Program-made: the position numbers and the translations under genes
Part shown: positions 38,093-48,608 of the stretch, in pieces
Layout of the letters: every line of letters starts with the position of its first letter
Position numbering within the stretch: the first letter of the stretch is position 1
Assembly (NCBI GenBank): GCA_963733035.1
Contig: CAVTBU010000010.1
Span: 32,001-96,000, forward strand
DNA length: 64,000 nt
From: Pirellulales bacterium
GTDB lineage: Bacteria > Planctomycetota > Planctomycetia > Pirellulales > PALSA-1355
Direction of reading: 5' to 3'
The notes under the pieces: model-generated
What the model saw: only the letters and a program-made list of their open reading frames with translations
Told to the model about the DNA's origin: nothing
The model's database searches: none

Positions 38093-38590
38093 ATGATTGC
38101 CCCCGAAACGATCTCCGCCGTCTCCAGCAAGTTTCCCGCCGTGCGGTGGAGCGAGTTTCGCGCGCAGCATCGGGCCGCCGTACCCCGTGAGTCGCTGGCC
38201 GAGGTATTCCAGTTCGTGCGCGCCGAGTTGGGATTCGATCTGTTGGTCGACGTCACTTGCGTCGACTATTTGAATTACCGTGGCGCCGAAGACCGTTTTG
38301 GGCTCGTGTATTTGCTGGCCAACACCAAAACCAACGAGCGTCTGACGCTGCGGGTGTTTCTGAATGAGCCGGACCTGACGGTGCCGTCGGCCTGCTCCGT
38401 TTGGCCGGGCGCCAACTGGTTCGAGCGAGAAGTGTACGACATGTTCGGCATCGAGTTCGAAGGCCACCCCGACTTGCGACGCATTTTGCTCCCCGACGAA
38501 TTCGCGGCGCACCCGTTGCGTAAAGACTACCCGCTACAAGGCCGCGGCGAGCGTCATAACTTCCCGGTGCTGCACCGGGACGAAAGCTAG
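38093..38590 (+). CDS. nuoC: NADH-quinone oxidoreductase subunit C
   Basis: ANWFEREVYDMFGI.F.GHPDLRRIL, HPLRKDYP. Confidence 0.95.
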   Translation: MIAPETISAVSSKFPAVRWSEFRAQHRAAVPRESLAEVFQFVRAELGFDLLVDVTCVDYLNYRGAEDRFGLVYLLANTKTNERLTLRVFLNEPDLTVPSACSVWPGANWFEREVYDMFGIEFEGHPDLRRILLPDEFAAHPLRKDYPLQGRGERHNFPVLHRDES

Positions 38591-38650
38591 CCCCAGGAAG
38601 GATGAAGTCAAAAGGATGAAGGATGAGTAAGACTTCATGCTTAGATACTC

Positions 38651-39883
38651 ATGTCCGTCGCTGAAACCAAAAAGAAGACGATTGCCGACCTGGCCGCTGC
38701 CGAGGCCCACGATTATCGTTGGACCTTGAACTTTGGCCCACAGCATCCGGCCACGCACACCACGTTGCGGCTGGTGCTGATGCTCGATGGCGAACGCGTG
38801 GTCGACGCGATTCCGGACATCGGTTACCTGCACTCGGGCTTTGAAAAGATCGGCGAGCACCTGGACTACAACCAGTACGTGACGGTCACCGACCGGATGA
38901 ACTACATCTCGCCGATGGCCAACAACATTGCCTGGCACAACTCGGTCGAGCGGTTGCTGGGTCTGGAACTGACGCCGCGCTGCAAGTACATCCGCACGAT
39001 TCTGGCCGAGCTGGCCCGCATTAGCGATCACCTGCTGTGCAACGGCGCGGTGGGGCTTGATGTGGGAGCCTTTACGTTCTTTTTGTACGGCTTCTACCAG
39101 CGCGAAGTGCTGTACGACATCTTTGAAACGCTGTGCGGTGCCCGATTTACGAACAGCTACACGCGTACCGGCGGCGTGATGTATGACTTCACTCCCCTGG
39201 TGGTCGAAAAGATCCGCGCGTTCGTGCGCAACTTTCCCAAAACGCTCGACGACATGGAGCGGCTGCTCAACCGCAACCGCATTTTCATCGACCGCACCAA
39301 GGGCGTCGGGTTGTTGAGCAAGGAAGACGCGATCGGCCGCAGCGCCACGGGGCCCATTGCCCGCGCCAGCGGCGTGACCCGCGACTTGCGGAAGGACGAG
39401 CCGTACCTGTCGTACGCCGATTTCGACTTCCAGGTTTGTTGCATGACGGCGGGTGATTGTTTTGCGCGCTACCTGGTCCGCATGGCCGAGATGCGCGAGA
39501 GCCTGAAGATCGTGGCCCAGGCGATCGAGAATCTGCCGACCGGGCCGGTGAACGTGGGCATCGACGAGCGGACGGCGCTACCCAATAAGCAGCAAGTTTA
39601 CAGCACGATTGAGGGCACGATCTCGCACTTCGAGCTCGTGATGGCCAACCGGGGCTTCGTGGTGCCGGAAGAAGAATCGTACGCCGCGATCGAAGCGCCC
39701 AACGGCGAACTGGGTTTTTATCTGGCTGGCGACGGATCGGACGTGGCCTATCGGGCTCGCTGCCGGCCACCGTCGTTCATTCATTTTTCGCTGTTCCCGC
39801 AATTGATCCGCGGACACACGCTATCGGACGTGGTGGCCGTGTTGGGAAGCTTGAACATCATTGCCGCCGAGCTGGACCGTTAA
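38651..39883 (+). CDS. nuoD: NADH-quinone oxidoreductase subunit D
   Basis: NFGPQHPATH, GYLHSGFEK, DRMNY, ELARISDH, EAPNGE, ELDR. Confidence 0.96.
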   Translation: MSVAETKKKTIADLAAAEAHDYRWTLNFGPQHPATHTTLRLVLMLDGERVVDAIPDIGYLHSGFEKIGEHLDYNQYVTVTDRMNYISPMANNIAWHNSVERLLGLELTPRCKYIRTILAELARISDHLLCNGAVGLDVGAFTFFLYGFYQREVLYDIFETLCGARFTNSYTRTGGVMYDFTPLVVEKIRAFVRNFPKTLDDMERLLNRNRIFIDRTKGVGLLSKEDAIGRSATGPIARASGVTRDLRKDEPYLSYADFDFQVCCMTAGDCFARYLVRMAEMRESLKIVAQAIENLPTGPVNVGIDERTALPNKQQVYSTIEGTISHFELVMANRGFVVPEEESYAAIEAPNGELGFYLAGDGSDVAYRARCRPPSFIHFSLFPQLIRGHTLSDVVAVLGSLNIIAAELDR

Positions 39884-39901
39884 CCTTTAGCCGAACGAAC
39901 C

Positions 39902-40414
39902 ATGGCGACTGCCGAGCGCATTCTGACCGATGATATGATCGCCGCGATCAAGGACTACTTTCCGCGCTATCCGACGCGGCAAGCGGTGACCTTGCCGGCG
40001 CTGCACGTCGTCAACGAGCATCTGCGCTATGTCCCGCTGCAGGCGGTGGTCGAAATTGCCGAATTGCTTGGACTCGCACCGGCCGAAGTGCAGGACACGC
40101 TGTCGTTTTACGGATTCTTCAAGCAAGACAAGCCCCACGGCGAAACGCGTGCCTGGGTTTGCCGCTCGGTCAGTTGTGCGTTGCGCGGTGGCGAGCAAGT
40201 GCTGGAGCAGATGTGCCGCGCGGCTGGCATCAAACCGGGCGAGACAACCGCCGACGGCAAGTTGACGCTTGAATTCGGCGAATGCCTCGGCGGCTGCGAC
40301 TTCGCCCCCTGCATGCTCGCCGGCGATACGCTGCACAAGAACCTGACGCCCGAGTCGGGCGAAGCATTCGTCAAGAAAACCTGCCAAGGCCCCTCCGGCA
40401 ACGGACAACAATAA
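39902..40414 (+). CDS. nuoE: NADH-quinone oxidoreductase subunit E
   Basis: SFY, CRSVSC and ECLGGC [2Fe-2S] ligands. Confidence 0.94.
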   Translation: MATAERILTDDMIAAIKDYFPRYPTRQAVTLPALHVVNEHLRYVPLQAVVEIAELLGLAPAEVQDTLSFYGFFKQDKPHGETRAWVCRSVSCALRGGEQVLEQMCRAAGIKPGETTADGKLTLEFGECLGGCDFAPCMLAGDTLHKNLTPESGEAFVKKTCQGPSGNGQQ

Positions 40415-40443
40415 CCACCGCTTTAAAAGCATCGTCAAACCGC

Positions 40444-41795
40444 ATGCCCTTCGAACCCGTACTGCTGGCGAACATCAACAAACCCGACAGCCATACGCTG
40501 CGCGTGTATGAAGAGGGGGGCGGTTATCGGCGCTGAAGAAGGTGCTGGCCGAAATGGCACCGGCCGACATGATCGAGCTGGTCAAGAGCAGCAACCTGCG
40601 GGGCCGCGGCGGCGCCGGTTTCCCCACCGGGCTAAAGTGGTCGTTCCTGCCCAAGGATCACCCGGGCCCGGTCTACATGTGTATCAACGCCGACGAGAGC
40701 GAGCCGGGCACGTTCAACAATCGCATCCTGATGGAGGAGGATCCGCACCAGGTGATCGAGGGCGTGATCCTCAGTTGCTTCGCCACGCGTGCGGTCACGG
40801 CCTACATCTACTTGCGTTTCGAGTACCCGCTGTGCTACCAGCGGCTGCAAGCGGCCATCGACGAATGTTACGCCGCGGGATACCTGGGCAAGAACATTCA
40901 GGGGAGCGATTTCTCGCTCGACATTTACTTGCATCGCGGTGCCGCCGCCTACATCTGTGGCGAAGAGACCGGCCTGATCGAGAGCCTGGAGGGCAAGCGA
41001 GCCTGGCCGCGCATCAAGCCGCCGTTTCCGGCCGTCGAGGGCGTGTTTCGCAAACCGACCGTGGTCAACAACATCGAAACGGCCTGCTGTGTCACGCAGA
41101 TTGCCGCGCGTGGAGCGGACTGGTTCAAGAGCATCGGCGTGCCGGCCGATCCAAACAACCCGCGCGACGCGGGCAGCTATGGGCCGAAGCTGTACTGCCT
41201 GAGCGGGCACGTCAACAAGCCGGGCTGTTACGAAGCGCCGTTGGGCATTACTTGCCGGCAGCTAATTGACGAGTACGGCGGCGGTGTGTGGAAAGACCGC
41301 AAAGCGAAGGCGGCGATTCCCGGCGGCATCAGCATGGGCCTGCTCACCGAGGCGGAACTCGACACGCCGTTGGATTTCTCCGGGCCAGGACGCGTTGGCT
41401 GCCTGGGCCTGGGAACCGCGGCCGTGGTGGTGATCGACGAAACCGTGCCAATCGTCGACTTCCTGCACAATAGCTGTCGCTTCTTCGCCCACGAGAGTTG
41501 TGGTCAGTGTACACCGTGTCGCGAAGGGACGGCCTGGTCGCTCACGATGCTCGAGCGGATCAAAGCCGGCCGCGGTCGACTCAAGGATCTGGATCTGCTG
41601 CTGGAGATTGGCGACTCGATCGGCATCATGCCCGGCACGACCATTTGCGGCCTGGCCGACGGCGCTGCGTGGCCCATCAAGAACGCGATTCGCAAGTTTC
41701 GCGACGAATTTGAAGAGTACATCAAGCGGACAAATCCCACGGGATACATGGTGACCGAAGCAGTCGAAGCGTTGCCGATTTTGGCGGCCCACTAG
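40444..41795 (+). CDS. nuoF: NADH-quinone oxidoreductase subunit F; frameshift near 40531
   Basis: MPFEPVL...GGY, then LRGRGGAGFPTG.KW, NADESEPGT, YICGEET, ESCGQCTPCREG, TICGL. Confidence 0.94.
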
Positions 41796-41808
41796 AAAAA
41801 GCGCGATC

Positions 41809-43434
41809 ATGCCTATCGTTATCGTTGACGGAATCGAAGTGGAATTGGCCGAAGGGGAGCGGATCAACGGGATCCAGGCTGCCGAGCGAGCCGGCATCGA
41901 CATTCCGCGCTACTGTTGGCACCCGGGGCTGACGGTGGTGGCAAGTTGCCGGATGTGCCTGGTGGAAACCGGCACGCGCAACCCCGAGAACGGCGAAATT
42001 CGGATGGTTCCGAAGCTGGTTCCAGCCTGCCAGACGCCCGCCACGCCCAACACGGTGTTTGTCACCAACAGCGAAAAGGTCGAGAAGAGCAGGGCGATGG
42101 TCGAGGAAGACCTGCTCATCGATCATCCGATCGATTGCCCGATTTGCGACAAGGCGGGCGAGTGCTACCTGCAGGACTACCATTTCAAGTACGGCCAGGA
42201 CCAGCGCCGCGCGGACGTCCGGCCGTTCACCAGCCGCCGCCGCGACATGGGCGACACGGTCACGCTGTTCGTCGATCGTTGCGTGATGTGCACCCGTTGC
42301 GTGCGGTTCACACGCGAAATCAGCGGTACGAGCGAATTGTTCGTGATCAACCGCGGCGCGCACGAAGAGATCGACATCTTTCCGGGCCATCCGCTGGAAA
42401 ACAAGATGTCCGGCAACGTGGTGGACATCTGCCCGGTGGGCGCACTGGGCGACAAGGACTTTCTCTACCAGCAGCGCGTCTGGTTCATGAAGAAACACGA
42501 GGGCGTTTGCACGGGCTGCTCGACCGGCTGCTCGATCTTCGTCGAGGAAAACCAGGACACGGTCTATCGGCTCAAGCCGCGCGAGAACCCGCACGTCAAC
42601 CAGTGGTGGATGTGCGACGAGGGGCGCTACGGTTTTCATCACGTGCACAGTGACCGCCGGATGATGAACGTCGAGCGCCGCGACGGAGCAAACTGGACGC
42701 TGCTCGAATGGTCGCAGGTGGTCCGAGAAATTGATGAACGGTTTCGCGAGATCGGACGGTTGGCCGTGGTGCTCTCGCCGCACTTGACGGTTGAAGAAGC
42801 CTACCTGCTGGGCAAGTACGCCCGCGGCGTCGATCCGACCGCCATCGTCGTAATGGGACCGGTGCCGGTCGCGGGCGAGGACGAGACGTTCAAGAACGGC
42901 TTTACAATTCATGCCGAGAAGTGTCCGAACCGCCGCGGAGTGGAAGAAGTTGTCACGCACTTCATGGGCCAGGTTTCAACGCTGGAGAATCTGCTGGTGG
43001 CCTTGGGAGGTGACGAGCGGTTCGGCGTGTGGGTGAGCGGCGGCTACAAGGGCGACTGGATTGACGAAGCGACGGCCGAGGAACTGGCCAAGGCCGAATG
43101 CCTGGTCGTGCACGACCTGTTCGACTCGCCGCTGGGCGAGAAGGCCAACTACCGGTTGCCGGAAGGGGCGTTTGCGGAACGCGAAGGGTCGTACGTCAAT
43201 GCCAACGACCGTTTGCAAAGCGTGCCCTGGGCCATTCGTCCGCCGGCCGGCGTACGCGTGGCGGCGGGCGTGTATTGGGAATTGTTGGGCGAGCGGGGCC
43301 TGGTGAAGGCGCGCCGCGTGCTCGACGAAGTGGCCGAGCGGATTGTGTTCTTTAGTGCCGCGGCCGAACCGGTGGGACCGTTGGGCGTGGATCTGAAGAC
43401 GCCGGTGTTGGAAGAGGCCTCGACGACGGGTTGA
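41809..43434 (+). CDS. nuoG: NADH-quinone oxidoreductase subunit G (short, 541 aa)
   Basis: IPRYCWH, CRMCLVE, ACQT, HPIDCPICDKAGEC.LQD, CVMCTRCVRF, ICPVGAL, CTGCSTGC...MCDEGR. Confidence 0.92.
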   Translation: MPIVIVDGIEVELAEGERINGIQAAERAGIDIPRYCWHPGLTVVASCRMCLVETGTRNPENGEIRMVPKLVPACQTPATPNTVFVTNSEKVEKSRAMVEEDLLIDHPIDCPICDKAGECYLQDYHFKYGQDQRRADVRPFTSRRRDMGDTVTLFVDRCVMCTRCVRFTREISGTSELFVINRGAHEEIDIFPGHPLENKMSGNVVDICPVGALGDKDFLYQQRVWFMKKHEGVCTGCSTGCSIFVEENQDTVYRLKPRENPHVNQWWMCDEGRYGFHHVHSDRRMMNVERRDGANWTLLEWSQVVREIDERFREIGRLAVVLSPHLTVEEAYLLGKYARGVDPTAIVVMGPVPVAGEDETFKNGFTIHAEKCPNRRGVEEVVTHFMGQVSTLENLLVALGGDERFGVWVSGGYKGDWIDEATAEELAKAECLVVHDLFDSPLGEKANYRLPEGAFAEREGSYVNANDRLQSVPWAIRPPAGVRVAAGVYWELLGERGLVKARRVLDEVAERIVFFSAAAEPVGPLGVDLKTPVLEEASTTG

Positions 43435-43438
43435 TGCG

Positions 43439-44737
43439 ATGAACTGGGAATCCCTCATGCAGCCGCTGATTTTGCCGTTAGTCAAGATCGCGCTGTTGAC
43501 CTTCGCCCTGATGACGGCGGCCGCCTACCTGGTGCTGCTCGAGCGGTGGATCGCCGCCTGGGTGCAGGACCGCAAGGGCCCCAACCGGGTCGGCATGCCG
43601 CTGACCAAGCTGAAGCTGTTTGGTCTGGGGCAACCGCTGGCCGACGGCTTGAAGTTCATCTTCAAGGAAGAATACACGCCGGCGCACGTTGAGAAAGTGT
43701 TGTACACGCTCGCGCCGATTTCCATTCTGGCGGCCGCGATTGCCGTGTTTGCGGTCGTTCCGTTTGGCAGCACTTTGCCCATCGAAGTGCCGGGCGTCGA
43801 AGGGCCGATTCATCTGATCGTCGCGCCGGGGCTCGACGTGGGCATGATCTACATCTTTGCGCTCAGCAGTATTGCCGTGTATGGCGTTATCCTCGGTGGC
43901 TGGTCGAGCAACAACAAGTACGGATTCCTGGGCGCCTTGCGTTCGAGTGCGCAGCTGATCGCGTACGAAATTCCCCTGGGGTTGGGCATTCTGGGCGTCG
44001 TGTTGGCGGCCGGTTCGTTGCGGCTGGAGAACATCATTTACCAGCAAGCCGAGACGGGTGTGTGGAACGCCTTTGCCCAGCCGTTGGGTTTTTCGGTTTT
44101 CCTGGTGGCTGCGTTCGCCGAAGCCGCGCGATTGCCGTTCGACTTGCCCGAGGCCGAACAGGAGCTGATTGGCGGCTATCACACTGAGTATGCCGGTATG
44201 AAGCTGCTGTTGTTTCTGATTGCCGAGTTCCTCCACATGGTGATGGCGGCATTCTTGATCGTGATTCTGTTCTTCGGCGGCTGGCACTTTTGGGGCATGC
44301 CCGCAGCCGCGGGCGAGACAATTGGCTGGCCGCTGGCGCTTGCGCGGGTTGCCATTTTGCTGGCCAAGGTGTTGTTGGTGATTCTGTTCTTCATGATGGT
44401 GCGTTGGAGTTGGCCGCGTTTCCGTTTCGATCAATTGATGAATCTGGCCTGGAAGGTGATGCTGCCTTTGGGCCTGATCAATCTGGCCGCCACGGCGATC
44501 TTGTTTGAATACGAGCACGTTCACGATATGACGGGCACCTCTCGCGGAGCCTGGTTGGCGATTGGCACCGGCTGGGGCGTGGCGCTGGTCTCGTGGCTTC
44601 TGGCGGCCGTGTTGGCACCGCTGAGCACGGACAATCGCCCTCGGATCGACGACCTGCAATTCCCTGAGTTTGAGCCCGACGCGATGCGTGAATTGCTCGC
44701 CACCGGTACCGATCGTTACACCGCAAGCGGAAAGTAA
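43439..44737 (+). CDS. nuoH: NADH-quinone oxidoreductase subunit H
   Basis: QDRKGPNRVG, QPLADGLK, AQLIAYE, PFDLPEAEQELIGGY.TEY, PRFRFDQLM. Confidence 0.96.
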   Translation: MNWESLMQPLILPLVKIALLTFALMTAAAYLVLLERWIAAWVQDRKGPNRVGMPLTKLKLFGLGQPLADGLKFIFKEEYTPAHVEKVLYTLAPISILAAAIAVFAVVPFGSTLPIEVPGVEGPIHLIVAPGLDVGMIYIFALSSIAVYGVILGGWSSNNKYGFLGALRSSAQLIAYEIPLGLGILGVVLAAGSLRLENIIYQQAETGVWNAFAQPLGFSVFLVAAFAEAARLPFDLPEAEQELIGGYHTEYAGMKLLLFLIAEFLHMVMAAFLIVILFFGGWHFWGMPAAAGETIGWPLALARVAILLAKVLLVILFFMMVRWSWPRFRFDQLMNLAWKVMLPLGLINLAATAILFEYEHVHDMTGTSRGAWLAIGTGWGVALVSWLLAAVLAPLSTDNRPRIDDLQFPEFEPDAMRELLATGTDRYTASGK

Positions 44738-44744
44738 AGCTGCC

Positions 44745-45278
44745 ATGCAAGCGGACGACCCGAACGTGAAGTGGATCGAAGAGCCCAAGCTCGGCTTGGC
44801 GGGCAAGATGTATTTGCCGCTGTTCGTGCAGGGACTGACCACCACGACCAGGCACTTGTTTGGACCGAAGGTGACGGTTAGCTACCCGGAGACGCGACCG
44901 CAAATCGGCAACCCGCTGATCTATCGCGGCGTGCACCGGCTGAACAAGGACGAGCAGGGTCGGGTCAAATGCGTGGCCTGTTTCCTGTGCGCCACGGCCT
45001 GTCCGGCCCACTGCATCGACATCGTGGGGGTTCAAAGTCCCTGGCCCGATCGGGAAAAGTATCCCGAGAGCTTTACGATTGACGAGCTGCGGTGCATCTT
45101 CTGCGGCATGTGCGAGGAAGCTTGCCCGGTGGACGCGATCGAGTTGACGAGCCTGTTCGACCTGACGGGCCGCAGCCGCGAGGAAATGATTTTCGATAAA
45201 GAGAAACTATTGAGCGTGTACGACCAGACGAAAGACGCCGAGCCGATGAAATCGACGGCCATGGGAGGCACCCTGTGA
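44745..45278 (+). CDS. nuoI: NADH-quinone oxidoreductase subunit I
   Basis: CVACFLCATACP and CIFCGMCEEACP. Confidence 0.95.
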   Translation: MQADDPNVKWIEEPKLGLAGKMYLPLFVQGLTTTTRHLFGPKVTVSYPETRPQIGNPLIYRGVHRLNKDEQGRVKCVACFLCATACPAHCIDIVGVQSPWPDREKYPESFTIDELRCIFCGMCEEACPVDAIELTSLFDLTGRSREEMIFDKEKLLSVYDQTKDAEPMKSTAMGGTL

Positions 45279-46002
45279 ACGCGATGCTGTGGATGCTAGG
45301 CCTGGCGACGCTGCTGCTGGCGGTTGGCATTTGGCTATCGCTTCCGCGTGGCCGCGCCGGTGGTCGGGCGTCGGCGCGGTGTTGACGGCCGCGGGGCTCG
45401 GCTTGTTTGCCGCGCAGACGGCCACGCTCGGCAATTGGCTGGCCGACGCGGTGTTTTACCTCCTGGCGGCAGTAACCGTGTGGAGCGCCGTGGCGACGAT
45501 CACGTTTGCCAACCCGGTTTATTCGGCCATTTGGTTTGCCTTGGCACTGCTGGGAACGGCTGGGCTCTTTCTGTACGACGGCGCGCAATTTCTGGGCGTG
45601 GCCACGATCGTGGTCTATGCCGGCGCGATTCTGGTGACCTTCCTGTTCGTGCTCATGCTCGCGCAACCCGAGGGTCAGGCCCCGTACGATCGGGTGAGCT
45701 GGGGCGCGCCGTTGTCGGCCGTCAGCGGTGCCTTGATGGTGGGCGTGCTGACGCTCGCATTGGCCGGCGTGTTTCAAAATCCGACGCCGGAAAATCGACC
45801 CACGGTCACGCACGATCGCTCGGCTCTCGAGGAGCAGGTGCTGGCCGATCAGCACATGGCCCATTTGGGCGGGCAACTTTTCAGCCGCCATTTGTTGGCC
45901 GTCGAAGTGGCGGGCACGCTGTTGCTGGTCGCGCTGGTCGGCTGCGTTGCGGTTGTGGCACAAATTCATAAACGCGAGCGGGGAGGGTCGATGCATGGAT
46001 GA
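45275..46002 (+). CDS. nuoJ: NADH-quinone oxidoreductase subunit J; frameshift near 45350-45372
   Basis: GTG overlapping the nuoI stop with GGGAGG RBS gives MNAMLWMLGLATLLLAVGIWLSLP; the next frame gives NPVYSA, VYAGAILVTFLFVLML, EVAGTLLLVALVG. Confidence 0.9.
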
Positions 46003-46438
46003 GCTGGCCCTTCTGGAAAAGTATCTATTCGTCGGCGCGTTGCTGTTCGGCATCGGCCTGATCGGCTTTTTCAGCCGGCGGAACATGATCGTGATGTTCC
46101 TGTCGGTCGAGATGATGCTGCAGGGCGTTTCGGTGAGCCTGGTGGCCTGGGGGCGTTATCACAACGACTGGGGCGGCCAGATGCTGGTGATCTTCATCCT
46201 CACGGTCGCCGCCTGCGAAGCGGCCATCGCCTTGGCGGTCGTGCTCACGCTATTTCACAAACGCGGCTCGCTCGACATCGTGCTTTGGCAAAGCCTGCGC
46301 GAAGACAATCAGCCGGCCTACTCCGACCCGCGCATGGCCGAACTCACGGAAAAGGAACCCGAGTGGCCGAAGCTCACGCCCTCGGGCATCGAGCCGGAGC
46401 CCGACTTGGAAGAGGTTTCGCACCGGATGCACGTATGA
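45995..46438 (+). CDS. nuoK: NADH-quinone oxidoreductase subunit K
   Basis: RRNMI, SVEMML, VAACEAAIALA; acidic/Pro-rich C-terminal extension. Confidence 0.93.
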   Translation: MDELALLEKYLFVGALLFGIGLIGFFSRRNMIVMFLSVEMMLQGVSVSLVAWGRYHNDWGGQMLVIFILTVAACEAAIALAVVLTLFHKRGSLDIVLWQSLREDNQPAYSDPRMAELTEKEPEWPKLTPSGIEPEPDLEEVSHRMHV

Positions 46439-46485
46439 GCAACGGCTAACAAGAACCCGCGGACAACGGACGAACACGACCCCAG

Positions 46486-48592
46486 ATGACCGGCACGATT
46501 CCCACACTGCTCGTACTGATTCCGGCGTTGCCGCTTTTGGCGGCCGTCGTCACGGCGGTGTTTGGCGCTCGCCTGCTCAAAGCGCGGAGCCACTTGCCGG
46601 TGGTGCTGGCACTCGTCGGGGCGTTCGGTTGCAGCCTGTTGCTGTTGGCAGAAGTTCGCAAGGCGGCCAACGAGGACACTTCGATGGTCGGCTGGGAGCG
46701 GACCACGGTGCTTTGGAACTGGGCGCAGCTGGACGGGGCAATTGATACCGACAGCGTTTCGCACGCCGCGCCGGCCGCCGGCGCTGCCGCATTGCCGGAG
46801 AGCTTGCCGTTTGCGGTTGACATCACGCTGCGGGCCGATGCCCTCACGGCGATCATGCTTTGCATGGTGACGTTTGTGTCGTCGCTGGTGGCGATTTACG
46901 CCGGCGGATACATGCATGGCGATCGCGGCTATTGGCGGTTCTTCAGCTACATCGGCCTGTTCGTGTTTTCGATGACGATGCTGGTTTCGGTCAGCAACTT
47001 CGTCCTCTTATACGTGTTCTGGGAAGCCGTGGGCCTGTGCAGCTACCTGTTAATTGGCTTTTGGTATGAAAAGCCCGAGGCGGCGGCCGCAGGCAAGAAG
47101 GCGTTTTTGGTCAATCGCATTGGCGACTTTGGCTTTGCGCTGGGACTGTTTCTTATCTGGACGACGTACGGCACGCTGAATTTTCACGACGCTGGCGGCG
47201 TGGCGGGGGTGCTGGGACAAACTCGCTTGGCGGCCCCGGCACTGTTGGCCGGCTTCAGCGACGACTATACGACCCTGGCCACGGCGATCTGCCTGCTATT
47301 GATGCTTGGGGCGTGCGGCAAGAGCGCCCAATTTCCGTTGCACGTGTGGTTGCCCGACGCGATGGAAGGTCCCACGCCGGTCAGCGCTTTGATTCACGCC
47401 GCCACGATGGTCACGGCCGGGGCCTACATGGTGGCCCGCTGCACGCCGCTGTTCATGGCTTCGCCCGATGCACAGCACGTCGTGGCCGCGATCGGCGCTA
47501 CGACTGCCGCCATCGGCGGAATCATCGCCCTCACGCAAACCGACTTGAAGCGGGTGCTCGCCTATTCGACGATCAGCCAGCTCGGCTACATGTTTCTCGG
47601 ACTGGGGCTCGGCACGATGGCTGGCATCACGTCTGGCATGTTCCACCTGTTCACGCACGCGTTTTTCAAGGCCCTGCTGTTCCTGGGGGCCGGCAGCGTG
47701 ATGCATGCGATGGGTAACGTCATCGACATGCGCCGCTTCAGCGGCTTGCGAAAGGTCATGCCCACGACGCACTGGACGTTTCTGTTCGGCTGCCTGGCGC
47801 TCGCCGGCATGATCCCGTTTGCCGGGTTCTGGAGCAAAGACGCGATCATCGCGGCTGCCTACGAGCGCGGCTTCCACGAACAGATTGGGTTGTTCAAAAC
47901 GCTGTACTGGGTGGCCACGATCGTGGCTTTCCTCACGGCGTTTTACACCTTCCGGGCGTTCTTCATGACATTTTACGGGCCGGAACGCGTGCCGCACGAA
48001 GCCGGACATCACGCCGCACGAGTCGCCCCGGTCGATGACGATTCCCTTGATGATTCTGGCTCTCGGTTCGCTTGTCGTCGGTGCGTATTTTTCCTGGACG
48101 GGCAGCTTCAACGCGTTCTTGCAACAGACCCCCTCGCTGGCCTTCGCTCCGCTGCAGGGCACGGTTGATCATTCGGAGTATGCTCACGAGGCGCACCAGA
48201 CGGTGAGCATGATCGGCACGCTGGTCGCGCTGGCCGGCATTGGGCTGGCTGCTTTCCTGTATCTTGGCGAAAGATCGCTCGTGCTGACACTACAGCGTCT
48301 TTTGGCTCCCCTGTATTGGCTGTCGCACGGCAAGTTGTTCTTTGACCAGATTTACTATGCCCTGGTCGTGTGGCCGCTGGAGCTGTTGGCCAGCTTCAGC
48401 TACTGGTTCGATCGGCGAGTCATTGACGGCCTGGTGAACTTCATCGGGCGGATTCCGCCGTGGATCGGAGCCGGCATGCGGCCGCTGCAGAGTGGGCTGG
48501 TGCAGTTTTACGCGTTGGCGATGGTGTGGGGCGTGCTCGTATTGGTGCTGACGCTACTAATTTGGCCGGCGCTTGGCGCGGCCTTCAAATAA
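46486..48592 (+). CDS. nuoL: NADH-quinone oxidoreductase subunit L; frameshift near 48015
   Basis: WEAVGLCSYLLIGFW, NRIGD, GKSAQFPLHVWLPDAMEGPTPVSALIHAATMV, HAFFKALLF; the second frame gives HESP.SMTIPL, DGLVN, QSG.VQFY. Confidence 0.94.
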
Positions 48593-48608
48593 CGGGAGTT
48601 CGTTCGCC

